A stretch of 63,260 nt of DNA, the filler included, from Reclinomonas americana ATCC 50394 (Eukaryota): the NCBI GenBank assembly GCA_048213135.1. It is 10 parts of 6 records of this genome, joined end to end, with 100 filler letters (N's around TTAATTAATTAA, not from the genome) between each part and the next. Parts side by side here need not be neighbours in the genome. Positions count along the whole stretch, not along the records: positions 1 to 16,661 come from PS015583.1; 9 more parts are not named here. One strand, written 5' to 3'. This document shows positions 1-10,900 of the stretch, one piece after another. Under the pieces are notes generated by a model that searched no databases, had not been told where the DNA came from, and worked only from the letters and a program-made list of their open reading frames with translations. A program made the translations under genes and the position numbers. The first letter of the stretch is position 1, and every line of letters starts with the position of its first letter.

Positions 1-242
1 GAAGAAGAAGAAAAAGAAGAAGAAGACTGAGGAGGAGAAAAGAAGAAGAAGAAGAAGAAGAAGAAGACGAAGAAGAAGAAGAAGACGAAGAAGAAGGGGA
101 GGAGGAGAAGAAGGAGGAGGAGGAGGAGGAGGCGAAGAAGAAGAAGAAGAAGGAAGAGGAGGAGGAGGAGGAGGGAGGGGAGGAGGAGGAGGCCAAGGAG
201 GAGGACGAAGACATAGGAGAAGAAGAAGACGAAGATCTTAAG

Positions 243-860
243 AATTCGAAGAAGGACGAATTGTTGTCGTGCTGATCAGCAGTTCTGCAGTGAAGGATAT
301 ACATCTATACATAATCACGACCGGCAAGCATCAAGCTGCCACACAAAACGAGGACGTTGCAACAGTCCTTGCAAGCTTGAGTTTCCGAACATTTGCGCGG
401 GAAATCCATCATCAACACTCACTCAACACACAATGAGCAGCGAGGGCGCCGCCGACGGCTCCTCTCCGCCCATGTCGCCCACCACAGCCGCCGCAGCAAC
501 GGCATGTGTGTAGCCAGGGATCCGGAAAGAAATCTAAAGAAAAGCTTAAGGAGAATTCGAAGAAGAAGAAGAAGAAGAAGAAGAAGAAGAAGGAAGTATT
601 GTCGCGCTGATCTGCAGTTCTGCAGTGAAGGATACACATCTATACATAATCACGATCGCAATAATATCAAGCTGCCTCACACAAAAAAACGCCAACAATC
701 CTTGAGTTTCCGAACATTTGCGCGGGAAATCCATCATCAACAAACAACACACAATGAGCAGCGAGGGCGCCGCCGACGGCTCCTCCCCGCCCATGTCGCC
801 CACCACAGCCGCCGCCGCCGCCGCAGCAGCAGCAGCAGCAGCAACAGCGTGTGTGTGGCC
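243..860 (+). repeat. Tandem duplication (~310 bp) of the 5' flank and first codons of the ADD gene
   Basis: 243-510 and 554-860 share gcagttctgcagtgaaggata(t/c)acatctatacataatcacg...tttccgaacatttgcgcgggaaatccatcatcaac...atgagcagcgagggcgccgccgacggctcc. The upstream copy (ATG 433) stops after ...ATACV*. Confidence 0.9.
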
Positions 861-1124
861 AGTGGACACTGAGGCCAGTGCGCGAGTGATGGAGCTGCAG
901 TTGGTGCGACAGCTGCAGCCGGAGATGGCGTACTTGATGGAGAAGAAGGTGAGGGAGGAGGAAGGGAGGGAGAGAGAGGAAGGGAGGGAGGGAGAGGGAG
1001 AGGGAGAGGGAGAGGGAGGGAGGGAGAAGAGTGTTTGTGTGTGAGAGAGAGAGTGAGTGAGTGTGTGAGTGAGTGTGTGAGTGTGTGAGTGAGTGAGTGA
1101 GTGAGTGAGTGAGTGTGTGAGTGA

Positions 1125-1159
<35 letters not shown>

Positions 1160-3866
1160 GTTTCCACACCGTAACTTTCTCATCTCTCTCTCTCTCTCTC
1201 TNNNNNNNNNNNNNNNNNNNNNNNNNNNNNNNNNNNNNNNNNNNNNNNNNNNNNNNNNNNNNNNNNNNNNNNNNNNNNNNNNNNNNNNNNNNNNNNNNNN
1301 NNNNNNNNNNNNNNNNNNNNNNNNNNNNNNNNNNNNNNNNNNNNNNNNNNNNNNNNNNNNNNNNNNNNNNNNNNNNNNNNNNNNNNNNNNNNNNNNNNNN
1401 NNNNNNNNNNNNNNNNNNNNNNNNNNNNNNNNNNNNNNNNNNNNNNNNNNNNNNNNNNNNNNNNNNNNNNNNNNNNNNNNNNNNNNNNNNNNNNNNNNNN
1501 NNNNNNNNNNNNNNNNNNNNNNNNNNNNNNNNNNNNNNNNNNNNNNNNNNNNNNNNNNNNNNNNNNNNNNNNNNNNNNNNNNNNNNNNNNNNNNNNNNNN
1601 NNNNNNNNNNNNNNNNNNNNNNNNNNNNNNNNNNNNNNNNNNNNNNNNNNNNNNNNNNNNNNNNNNNNNNNNNNNNNNNNNNNNNNNNNNNNNNNNNNNN
1701 NNNNNNNNNNNNNNNNNNNNNNNNNNNNNNNNNNNNNNNNNNNNNNNNNNNNNNNNNNNNNNNNNNNNNNNNNNNNNNNNNNNNNNNNNNNNNNNNNNNN
1801 NNNNNNNNNNNNNNNNNNNNNNNNNNNNNNNNNNNNNNNNNNNNNNNNNNNNNNNNNNNNNNNNNNNNCATTCTCTCTCTACCATCCACCTTCTGTCTCC
1901 TTCCATTCTCATTTTCTCACGCTCTTTCTTCCCTTGCTTATCCACGTTCCGTCGTCTTTGTTCTTCTTTCCTTCTTTGTCTTTCTCTCTGTCCCTTCGCT
2001 TGTCTCTCTCACTCTCTTTCTCCGTCGCTTGTCTCTCTCTCTCTCTGTCTCTCTCTCACTCTTCATTCAATCACCCGCCTTTTATCTCCCTCCATATTCT
2101 CATTTTCTCATGCTCCTTTTCCCCTTGCGTATCCTCGTTCCGTCGCTCTTTCTCTCTCCCATCGCTTCTCTCTCTCCTTTCTCTTGTCGTCTCTCTCGCT
2201 CTCTCTCTCTCCCTTCTCCTGTCTCTCTTTCTCTTCTTCCTCCCTTTATTCAACCACCCGCCTTTTGTCTCCCTCTTTGTTCGTTTCTCACGTTCTCTTC
2301 CCTTGTTCAGCCTCGTTCCGTCGTCTTTCTTCTACTTCTTCCTTTTTCTCTCTGTCCCTTCGCTTGTGTGTGTGTCTCTCTCCGTCGCTTGTCTCTCTCT
2401 CAATGACCCACCTTTGCCTCCCTCTATTTTCGTCTCTCGCCTCTCTTCTCCTCACTCACCCCGCCTCTTCTCCATCTCTCTCTAGAACCTCCTGAGCGGC
2501 GCCTACACCACCTGCGCCGCCTGGGAAGCCGCCGTACGCACTGCCGTCGAGGAAATGATCGAGCTGTTGCCACGGGCTGATCGCCCAGGCAAGGTGCTAC
2601 TGAAGGAGCTGAGCGAGATCTGCGCAGAGGTGAGTCTCATACTCTTGAACGCTGTTGTTTCTCGTGCTCGTCTCACTCACCCTCTCCCTCGTCTGTCTGT
2701 TTTTCTGTTTTGTCTTTCTTTCTCTCGTTCTGCCGTTGTATCATTCCGAAAAATTCTTTTCTCTCTCTCTCTCTCTCTTTGTCTCTCTTCCCCTTTCTGC
2801 CTTCGCTGCCCTTTCCCTCTCTCTCCCTTGTCCCTTCCCTCTCCCTCCCTCTTTCTCCCTCTCCGTCCCTCTCTCGTTCTCTATATGTCTTTATTCCACT
2901 CTGCTTCCATCTCTCCATCCACATTTGTCTCTCTTTGTACTCTCCTCTACTTTTTACCCTTTGTGCCTTTCCCGCCCCCTCTCTCCCTCCCTTTCTTTCT
3001 CTTCCGTCTCCCTTCCTCTCTATTCCACTCTTTCTCTCTCTTCTCCCTTCCCCTCCCTTTCTTCCTTCCTCTCTATTCCACTCTTCCTCCCTTCCTCCCT
3101 TTCTCCCTTCTCCTCTCTTCCTCGCTTCCTCTCTATTCCACTCTTCCCCTCCCTTCCCCTCCTTTCCCCTCCCTTCCCTCTCCCTCTCCCTCTCCCTCTC
3201 CCTCTCCTCCCTTTCCCTCCCTTCCCTCNNNNNNNNNNNNNNNNNNNNNNNNNNNNNNNNNNNNNNNNNNNNNNNNNNNNNNNNNNNNNNNNNNNNNNNN
3301 NNNNNNNNNNNNNNNNNNNNNNNNNNNNNNNNNNNNNNNNNNNNNNNNNNNNNNNNNNNNNNNNNNNNNNNNNNNNNNNNNNNNNNTTTCCCTCTCCACA
3401 CAGACCCCCGAGCGCACCCTCGGCACCCAAATCACCCAAGAAGTCAAACGCCGCCGCTCCCTCTACGTCTGGTGGGGCTCCACAGGCAACGGCCACCAGC
3501 TCTACGGCGCATCGCAGTTCTTCGACCCCGCGTCGTTGCGTACGAGAATCAAAGCCTCTCTCTTTTCTCTCACTTGGACCACGTCTCTCTTTCTCTCTCT
3601 CTCTCTCTCGCGCGCGCGTGGGCGATCTTACCGCTGCATTACTTTCTCATCCTCCATCTCTCTGATTCATTTTGATTTACAGTACCCGCTTCATACTTTC
3701 TCATCCTCCATCTCTCTTACGTGATCTAATTCTTATTCACACACAATACCCGCTGCATTGCTCGCTCATTCTTCATCACTCTTTCACGCACACGTGTGAT
3801 GTTTATCTATTTCACACACAATCTCGCTGTTTTACTTTCTCACCCTTCATTTCTCTCTCTCTCTTA

Positions 3867-3900
<34 letters not shown>

Positions 3901-6900
3901 GATCTCGCTCTGTTTGTGCACAACATTTGCTGGTTTTCTCTCTCTTTCTCCCTCTCCCTCCCTCTCCTTCTCTCTCCTTCCCTCTCATCCCTTCCCCCAA
4001 TATCCCTTCCCCTTTCCAGCCTCTTCGACGACACCTTCATCGCCAAAAACAAGCGCGCCAGCGACGACCAACCACCCCCTCTCCGCTCCATCCGCCACGG
4101 CTGGAGCAAACCCGAACCAGAGACCCCCAGCGAGCGCCCACCTCTCGCCCTCATCGGCAACCGCGTGGCCCCCACCCCATCCCTGCGTACCGCCGAAGCC
4201 AAGGCCGTCGTCGAATCGCAGCACGGAAACCCCATGTCGCCCACCTCCCCACGCTCGCCTCCCGGCCGCCACACCCCCAAATCGCCGCGCACGCCCGCCG
4301 GCATGTCGGTGTTCTCCTCCCGCGGCGACACACTCTCGGCCGTCAAGGGCCTCTCCATGGACGACGGCGACGCGGGCGGCCCGGCGGACATGCTCAGCCC
4401 CATGTCGGTGGACAGTGTTGCCGGTGGTGGCGCAGGCCGCGGCGGTAGTGGTGGTGGTGGTCGACGGACTGGCGCGGAAAGCAGCGCTGGGGTGGCATTC
4501 ACCACGCCGACGGCCGCGGCCCCGCAGTCACCCGCGCTGCCGGCCGCGATTCCGATGTCCACTGTCGCGCAGGTGAGAGTGTAGGGAAGGCCATCTGTTT
4601 AGTGGAAGTGTGAGCTGACTTTTGAAGCACAGAGTGCCGCACGTCGAAGGCAGTCGTACTTGTTCTCGCGACCGTCGCTGTCGTTGCCGTTGCCGTCGCT
4701 TGGTGAGTGGGTGGGGACTGTGGAAGGGAGGTGTTGCACATATAGGCCATGGAGTTTTTGGAGCGACTTGCCCTCCTCCCTTTTCCCTTTCCTCTCTCTT
4801 CTCGTGCCGGTGGGAGGTGTCGCCAACAGAGACTATTGAGACTTTGGAGCGACACGTCTTCCTCCGCTTTCCCTGTCCTCTCTCTTCTCGTGCCGACGGG
4901 AGGTGTCGCCAACAGAGACTGCTGAGACTTTGGCGCGACATGTCTTCCTCCCGTTTCCCTTTCCTCTCTCTTCTCGTGCCAAAGGGAGGTGTCGCCAACA
5001 GAGACTATTGAGACTTTGGAGCGACATGTCTTCCTCCGCTTTCCCTGTCCTCTCTCGTCTCATTGCAAACTCGTGCCTTACCTCTTCTTTTTTCCGTGTC
5101 CTGTGTCCTCTCACTTCATCCATTGCACTTTTCTAACGCTCTCCGTTCTTCTCTCCCCTTTCTTTTCCTCCACCTCCTTCCGTCTTATTATCATTACTCT
5201 TCTCTTTTCTTCCTCCTCTTCCTTCCTGTTGTCTTTCCTCTCCCAATTGCTGTTCCTCCCAAACCACTTTCCTCTTCCATTCTCTATATTACTCCTGTCT
5301 TTTCTCCTCCCGTTTCCTCACTCTCTTCTTTCCGCCTCTTCGCCTCTTTTCTCATTTTCGTGCTTTTCCATCTTTTTCCTTCCTCTATCCCCTCTGTGTC
5401 TTCTCTCTTGCCTTTCTGTGTTCTGTCGCCTTTTTCCGACCTCTCTTTTTTTCTGCCTGTTCTCTATTCGCCCAGCTCCAGTATCCCGTGTCTATCCTCT
5501 TCTCCTTCAAATCCTACACCTCTCCCATTTTCCTTTCTGTTGTATTTCATCTCTCGCATCATTCTCCCTGTCTTCCAGATTCCCTTCATCTCTGTCCCGT
5601 TTGTTCATTCACTTGCTTTGCTCTCTTTTCCGTTTCATGCGTCTCTGCTTTCCCATCGCTTCTCCTCCGGCTGCCTCTTTACTTCTTGCCGTCGTGGGTC
5701 TTCCGCTCTTCTTCCTTCTCCTCCTCTCTTTCTCTCTCTCGCTTGTCTCACTCTGTGTTGTCCTTCCGATTTCATTCCTCTCTGCATCCCCCTTTGTTCC
5801 CTGTCATCTCTCCTATCCTACATACCTCAACCCTAGACCCCTCCTCTTTCTTCCGTGTCCTGTTTCCCCGTTCCCTTCTACCTGTCCCCTTTCCCCTCTC
5901 TCTCCCCTTCCTTCCCAACCCTCTCCCCCATCCTTCCCCCTTCCCCCTTCCCCTTGTCTTACAGGCTGGCCACCACAACGCCCACACTACGCCAAGCCAA
6001 CCACCATCGTGGGCATGCCCGAGGGCTCACTTCCACCTGCCCGCCGCCCCCTGGAAGTCCATCTTCCGCCTCTCGGTGAGCATCTCTCCCCTCTTCCCCC
6101 CTCTCTCTCTCTTCTCATTCCACCCCGCCGCCAGGCTTCGGCAACCCACCACTGCCACCGTCGCTGGCGAATCACAAGCAGTTTACGCAATGCCGACTGT
6201 GCGGATTCGCTGGCACGTGCGACTCGATGTTCCGACACCCGCACTTTCCCGCGCTTCACCTGTTCCTGTGCGACCAGTGCTGCATCAGCGTCATGGTGCT
6301 CACCGAGGCCTACTACAGTGCTCTCGAGGTGAGCTGCAATAAGGGAAGGGCGGGAGAGATATATATGTTCTCTTTCTCACTACTTGCCTATTTGCGTGCA
6401 TGCAGAACGGCACCCTGGCTGAAACGCACGGCGCGCCGTGCTGCTCATGCGGATGCAGTTCGGAGCTGAGCCACGAGCTCGGCGAATCGGACTACGGCAT
6501 CCAGGGTTGGGTCACCTGCAGCTACTGCGATCGCGTGTTTTGCGGCATTTGTCTGACGGCGGTGTTTGGGTTGAGTCCCGGCGAGGATTGGGGATTGGTG
6601 TTGTCGTGGGCGTGCGCCGAGTGTGAGAAGCGGTGAGTGGGACGAGTGGGAAAGGGATGATGAAGGAGAGATAGAGGGAGAAATGGAGGAAGTCAAAGAG
6701 AAAGAGCGGCGTGCAAAGAGGAACAAGAGATCGCGAAAAACTGGGAAAGAAAGAAAAAGTGAGAGAGAGAAGCGATACAAGAGAGAGATACAATGATTGT
6801 CATATTTGCTGTGGAAGATGGAGACGACTCTCTTTTGTCTTTGTTCCTCTCAGTCTTTTAGTTCCTCTTTCCTTGTCTTCATTGAGCAAGAGACAGAGGG

Positions 6901-7171
6901 AGGAATGAAAAGAGAGAGAGAGAGAGAGCCGCAGAGATAGACGGAGAGAGACTGGAGGTTGGAGAAAGTGACTCAAATGATGAGAGCCTTATTCGAGTTG
7001 CATTTCTCTCTGGAGTCCTTCCTCTCATGCATTCTCTCCCCCTCCCCTTCTCCTTTTCCCCGCTCCCCCCTTTCTTCCCCCTTCCCCCTCCCCTNNNNNN
7101 NNNNNNNNNNNNNNNNNNNNNNNNNNNNNNNNNNNNNNNNNNNNNNNNNNNNNNTCGTGGCGCTTGTCTCT

Positions 7172-7212
<41 letters not shown>

Positions 7213-7954
7213 GCCCATCCGAGTGTCGAATTCACTTCCTGCGTACTCCGTGTCTCGATGCCTCACATTGCTCTCATCCCTCCTCTGCGTCTCTGTACTC
7301 ATCACTTTCGCAGTCTCAGTCTTCTCTGTGTCGCTGCTTGTGTTCTCTCTCTCTCTCGGTCTCAGTTACCTCCATTCTCTTTCTCAAGTTCTCTTCGCCA
7401 TCTTCAAAAGCCTCGACATGCACGCTTCTTGCGTTTATCAGACTCTTATTCTCTCCCTCTCGCTCTCCCTCTTTCTCCTCTCTCCCTCATCGCTCTCCAT
7501 GATTACTTTCACACCTCTCTTCCTTTCAGCCTCTCTCCCTCTCTGTCTCACTCTCTCCCCTCCTTCACCTTCCCCTTCCACCTCTCCCGTCCCATCCCCT
7601 CTCCTTCACCCTCTCCCTCTCCCTCTCTGTCTCCCTTCCTTCATCACTCCTTCATCCCTCCTTCATCCCTCCTTCTACCCTCTTCCCCTTTCCCTCTTTC
7701 TCACCCCTTTCTCTCCACCGCAGCTCGCCTGCTTCAACTACAACTTGCACGGCGACTTTATCAAGGATCTCGTGTGCACCGGCAAGTCCATCAAGCGACC
7801 GCACCCGCTGCCGGCGGTGCATGCAGCGGGCGGCAATGACGCAAACGAGGGCTCGGAATTCGCCGCCTTTGGTCGGCCTCCTCCGCGGGGCCGTGGTGCG
7901 ACCACGGGGCGACGTCGCTCTGGATTCCGTCGTGCAGCGTCCGAGCGTGATACA
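754..7954 (+). CDS. Multi-exon protein with an ADD (ATRX-DNMT3-DNMT3L)-like zinc-binding domain; 3' end runs into a gap
   Basis: ATG at 754 (MSSEGAADGSSPPMSP...). GT-AG exons at about 754-948, 2486-2629, 3404-3540, 4020-4572, 5965-6075, 6134-6328, 6406-6632 and 7724-. Spliced exons give CRLC...HPHFPALHLFLCDQC...|...CCSCGC...WVTCSYCDRVFCGICL...WACAEC, the GATA-like plus PHD-like finger layout of ADD domains. Some exon limits are approximate. Confidence 0.7.
4760..5057 (+). repeat. Intronic tandem repeat, ~86-bp period, about 3.5 copies
   Basis: gggaggtgtcgccaacagagact recurs at about 4812, 4898 and 4984 with near-identical intervening sequence. Confidence 0.85.
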
Positions 7955-7974
7955 NNNNNNNNNNNNNNNNNNNN

Positions 7975-10900
7975 TCGTCAGATCGGATAATGGCACAACA
8001 TGCAATAATGCAGGTGCTCTCAGATTACTGCATTTGGAGCACTCACCGGCACGTGCTATATCCGCCTTCGCAAGGCAACCGTTTCGAAGCAGAGTGGCCA
8101 GGAAGCCAGGGCAAGTGCGGAGCAGATGCATGGCCTGTGTGACAAATGGCAGAAGAACATTCGGAGTACCATTTTTGTGCGTCAGCGTTGCTGACTCCTG
8201 TCACCCGAGAAACGAGAAAGTGAGTCAAGAGTCATTGATACACGACAACAAAAAAACACGGTCCGCATGCCTCAGAGTAACCACGCTCATCAATCACAAT
8301 CGGTGGTCTCTCGACAGCATCCACCAGCTCAGCTCCTCGAAGTCCGCTATTCTGATGATTACATACACATTCGTGTCGAGTCAGCAAGCAGGCACGTCAC
8401 TGTCGAATGTAGATCAAAGTCAACACGGAGACACTCACCTCGATAAAGTTGCTCACGCTCTCGAGAACACCTTCAACTGACTTCGGCATCTTGCTGCGTG
8501 CCGTGTTGGCACTGCAGGCAAGACTTTTGCCGAATGCAGACATGACTGCGGCTGACGGGCAACCCAGGCCCTTCGACAGCATGCCGCATTCGTCACAGGC
8601 AAGCTGGAAGAGAACGCGCTGATGATGGAGGACTGTAGATGCCATGGCCACAGAGGCCATGAGGCCGAATGCCTTCACCGATATCCTCTTCTTGTTGCAC
8701 CTCTGCTCTCGAGAGATGGATAGGTGGATGAAAGTGGATGAAAGTGAGCAGGATATGACAGCATCAGTGTCGGCATACAGAGAAACACGAAACAAGCAGT
8801 TTCGCCAGCATCAATTGCTCCTTGAAGCTTAACTTCGCAGGATTACTCTTGCGGCGCTGTGAAACACAAGCCACGCAGTATTGAGACGTACGTCATGCAT
8901 GACAAAGAACGCAGCGTCGGGCGTACCTTCTTTCCCATCGCGTCATCATCCTCATTGCCGCTGTCGTCATCATCTTCTTCCTGCTCACCCTCCCTCTCCT
9001 CCTCTTTCTTCGCCATCTCCATCTCCCTGACGACTGGTCACTTGCTTGTCAGCACATGCATGCACTGTGCAGCAATGAAAAAAGTCATGCAGCCAAACCT
9101 CTCTCACTGCACCACTCGGCGGCGCGTGCAATCTCCGCCTGCGAGAGGCAGCCGTCTCGAAGCAGAGTGGCCAGCAGGTCTGGACAGCTGCGGAGTGCCT
9201 GCCTGGCCTGGATAACGAACGGCAAAAGTACATTAGGAGTGCCTCGCTTCTGCGATTTTGCAAACTCCTACCATCCAGTATGAGCAAGCTTTCAATGCCG
9301 CACATCAGCACACACAAATTCACACGCGCCTCAGAGTAGCCACGTTCGTCAATCACAGTCAGTGGCTTCTCGACGGCATTCACAAGCTCAGCTCCTCGAA
9401 GACCACTCTTCTGATGGCGACATCCACGTCGAAGTCAAGTCAGGTGCCACGCACATAACAATCGGAAGGAAACTGCACCACCACACTGGCACTTACATCG
9501 ATGAAGCTGCTCACACTCTCGAGCACGCCCTCCACTGACTTGGGCGTTGTGGTGCGTGCCGTTTTGGCACTCTTGGCAAGACTCTTGCCAAATGCAGACA
9601 AGACTGCGGCTGAAGGGCAGCCTGGTCCCTCCGACGGCATTCCGCATTCGCCACTGGCCAGTTGGAAGAGAGCACGCTGATGATGGAGGACTGTGGATTG
9701 CAGCGCCACGGGTGCCATCAAGCCAAATGCCTTCATCAGTATCCTGATCTTGTTGCAACCCTGCTCCAAGATGTGGTGAGCAGATGAGAGTGACCGCATT
9801 GTCGGTGACATGCACAGAGATAACAACAACACGCAACAAGCAGTTTCGACAGCATCAATTGCTCGTTGACGCTCAGCTTCGCAGAACCACTCTTGCGGTG
9901 CTGTGGAGGGCAATCCACACAGAGTTGGGACACGCACCTGACTCGCATCTAACGGAAACGGGCAATGGGGGCGTACCTTGCCATCGTCCTCATCCTGCTG
10001 CTCTTCCTCCCTCTTCTCCTCTTTCTTCACCATCTCTATCTCCCTCAGAGCTGTTCAGTCGTTAATGAGCACATGCGCACAAAGTGCAGCAAAGAATCCA
10101 CACAGCCGAACCTCGTGCACTGCACCACTCGACAGCACGTGTGATCTCCGACTCGGACAGACATCCGTCTCGGAGCAGAGCGGCCAGCAGGCTTGGGCAG
10201 TCGTGGAAGGCATCCACGGCCTGCGTGACAAATGGCAGAAGAGGGCATTGCTTGTTGAGCTTCATCCCCGGCATGTTTGACGACTCCTGACAACCGAATT
10301 CCAGGGCACAGAATGTGAGAAAACGCCATTCACGACATACAACGTACACAGAGCACAAGGCTGGCATACCTCAGAATAGCCGCGTTCATCCACCACAACC
10401 AGAGGTCTCTCAATGGCGTCCGCCAGGGCAGCGCCACGCAGTTCACTCTTCTGCATTGCGATACATACTTTAGAGCTGGCCGTTGATTGATTCAGTCAAG
10501 TAATATGGACGATACCCACCTCGAGAAAGTCGCTCAACATCTGAAGTACTCCCTCAACTGACTTGGCCGTCCTAGTGCGCGCCGATTCGACGACACTGAC
10601 AAATATCTTGCCAAATGAGCTCATGACTGCCGACGACAGACAATTTGCTTTCGATGAAGCAACGCCACACTCCTTGCATGCCAAGTCAAGAAGAACACGC
10701 TGATGATGGCGGACGGTGGAACCCATCACGGTCGGTGCCATGATGCCGAAGGCCTTCACCAGTATCTTCTTCTTGTTGCAGCACTGCTCCCGCATGAAAC
10801 ACATCGGTCACTCAATCAGCCAGACGACTGCCAGAGAAGGACATAAATGCAAACACACTCAACAAGAAGCCTTGCTAGCAACAGTTGCTCGTCAATGCTC

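Noticed and set aside
1869..3228. Long Ser/Leu/Pro/Phe-rich ORFs here and at similar CT/GA tracts (e.g. 4989-6332)
   Set aside because: Pyrimidine-rich intronic microsatellite DNA lacks stop codons by composition.
4760..5057. CRISPR-like appearance of the repeated ggaggtgtcgccaacagagact
   Set aside because: The intervening sequences are themselves near-identical (no unique spacers), there are no cas genes, and the context is a eukaryotic intron.
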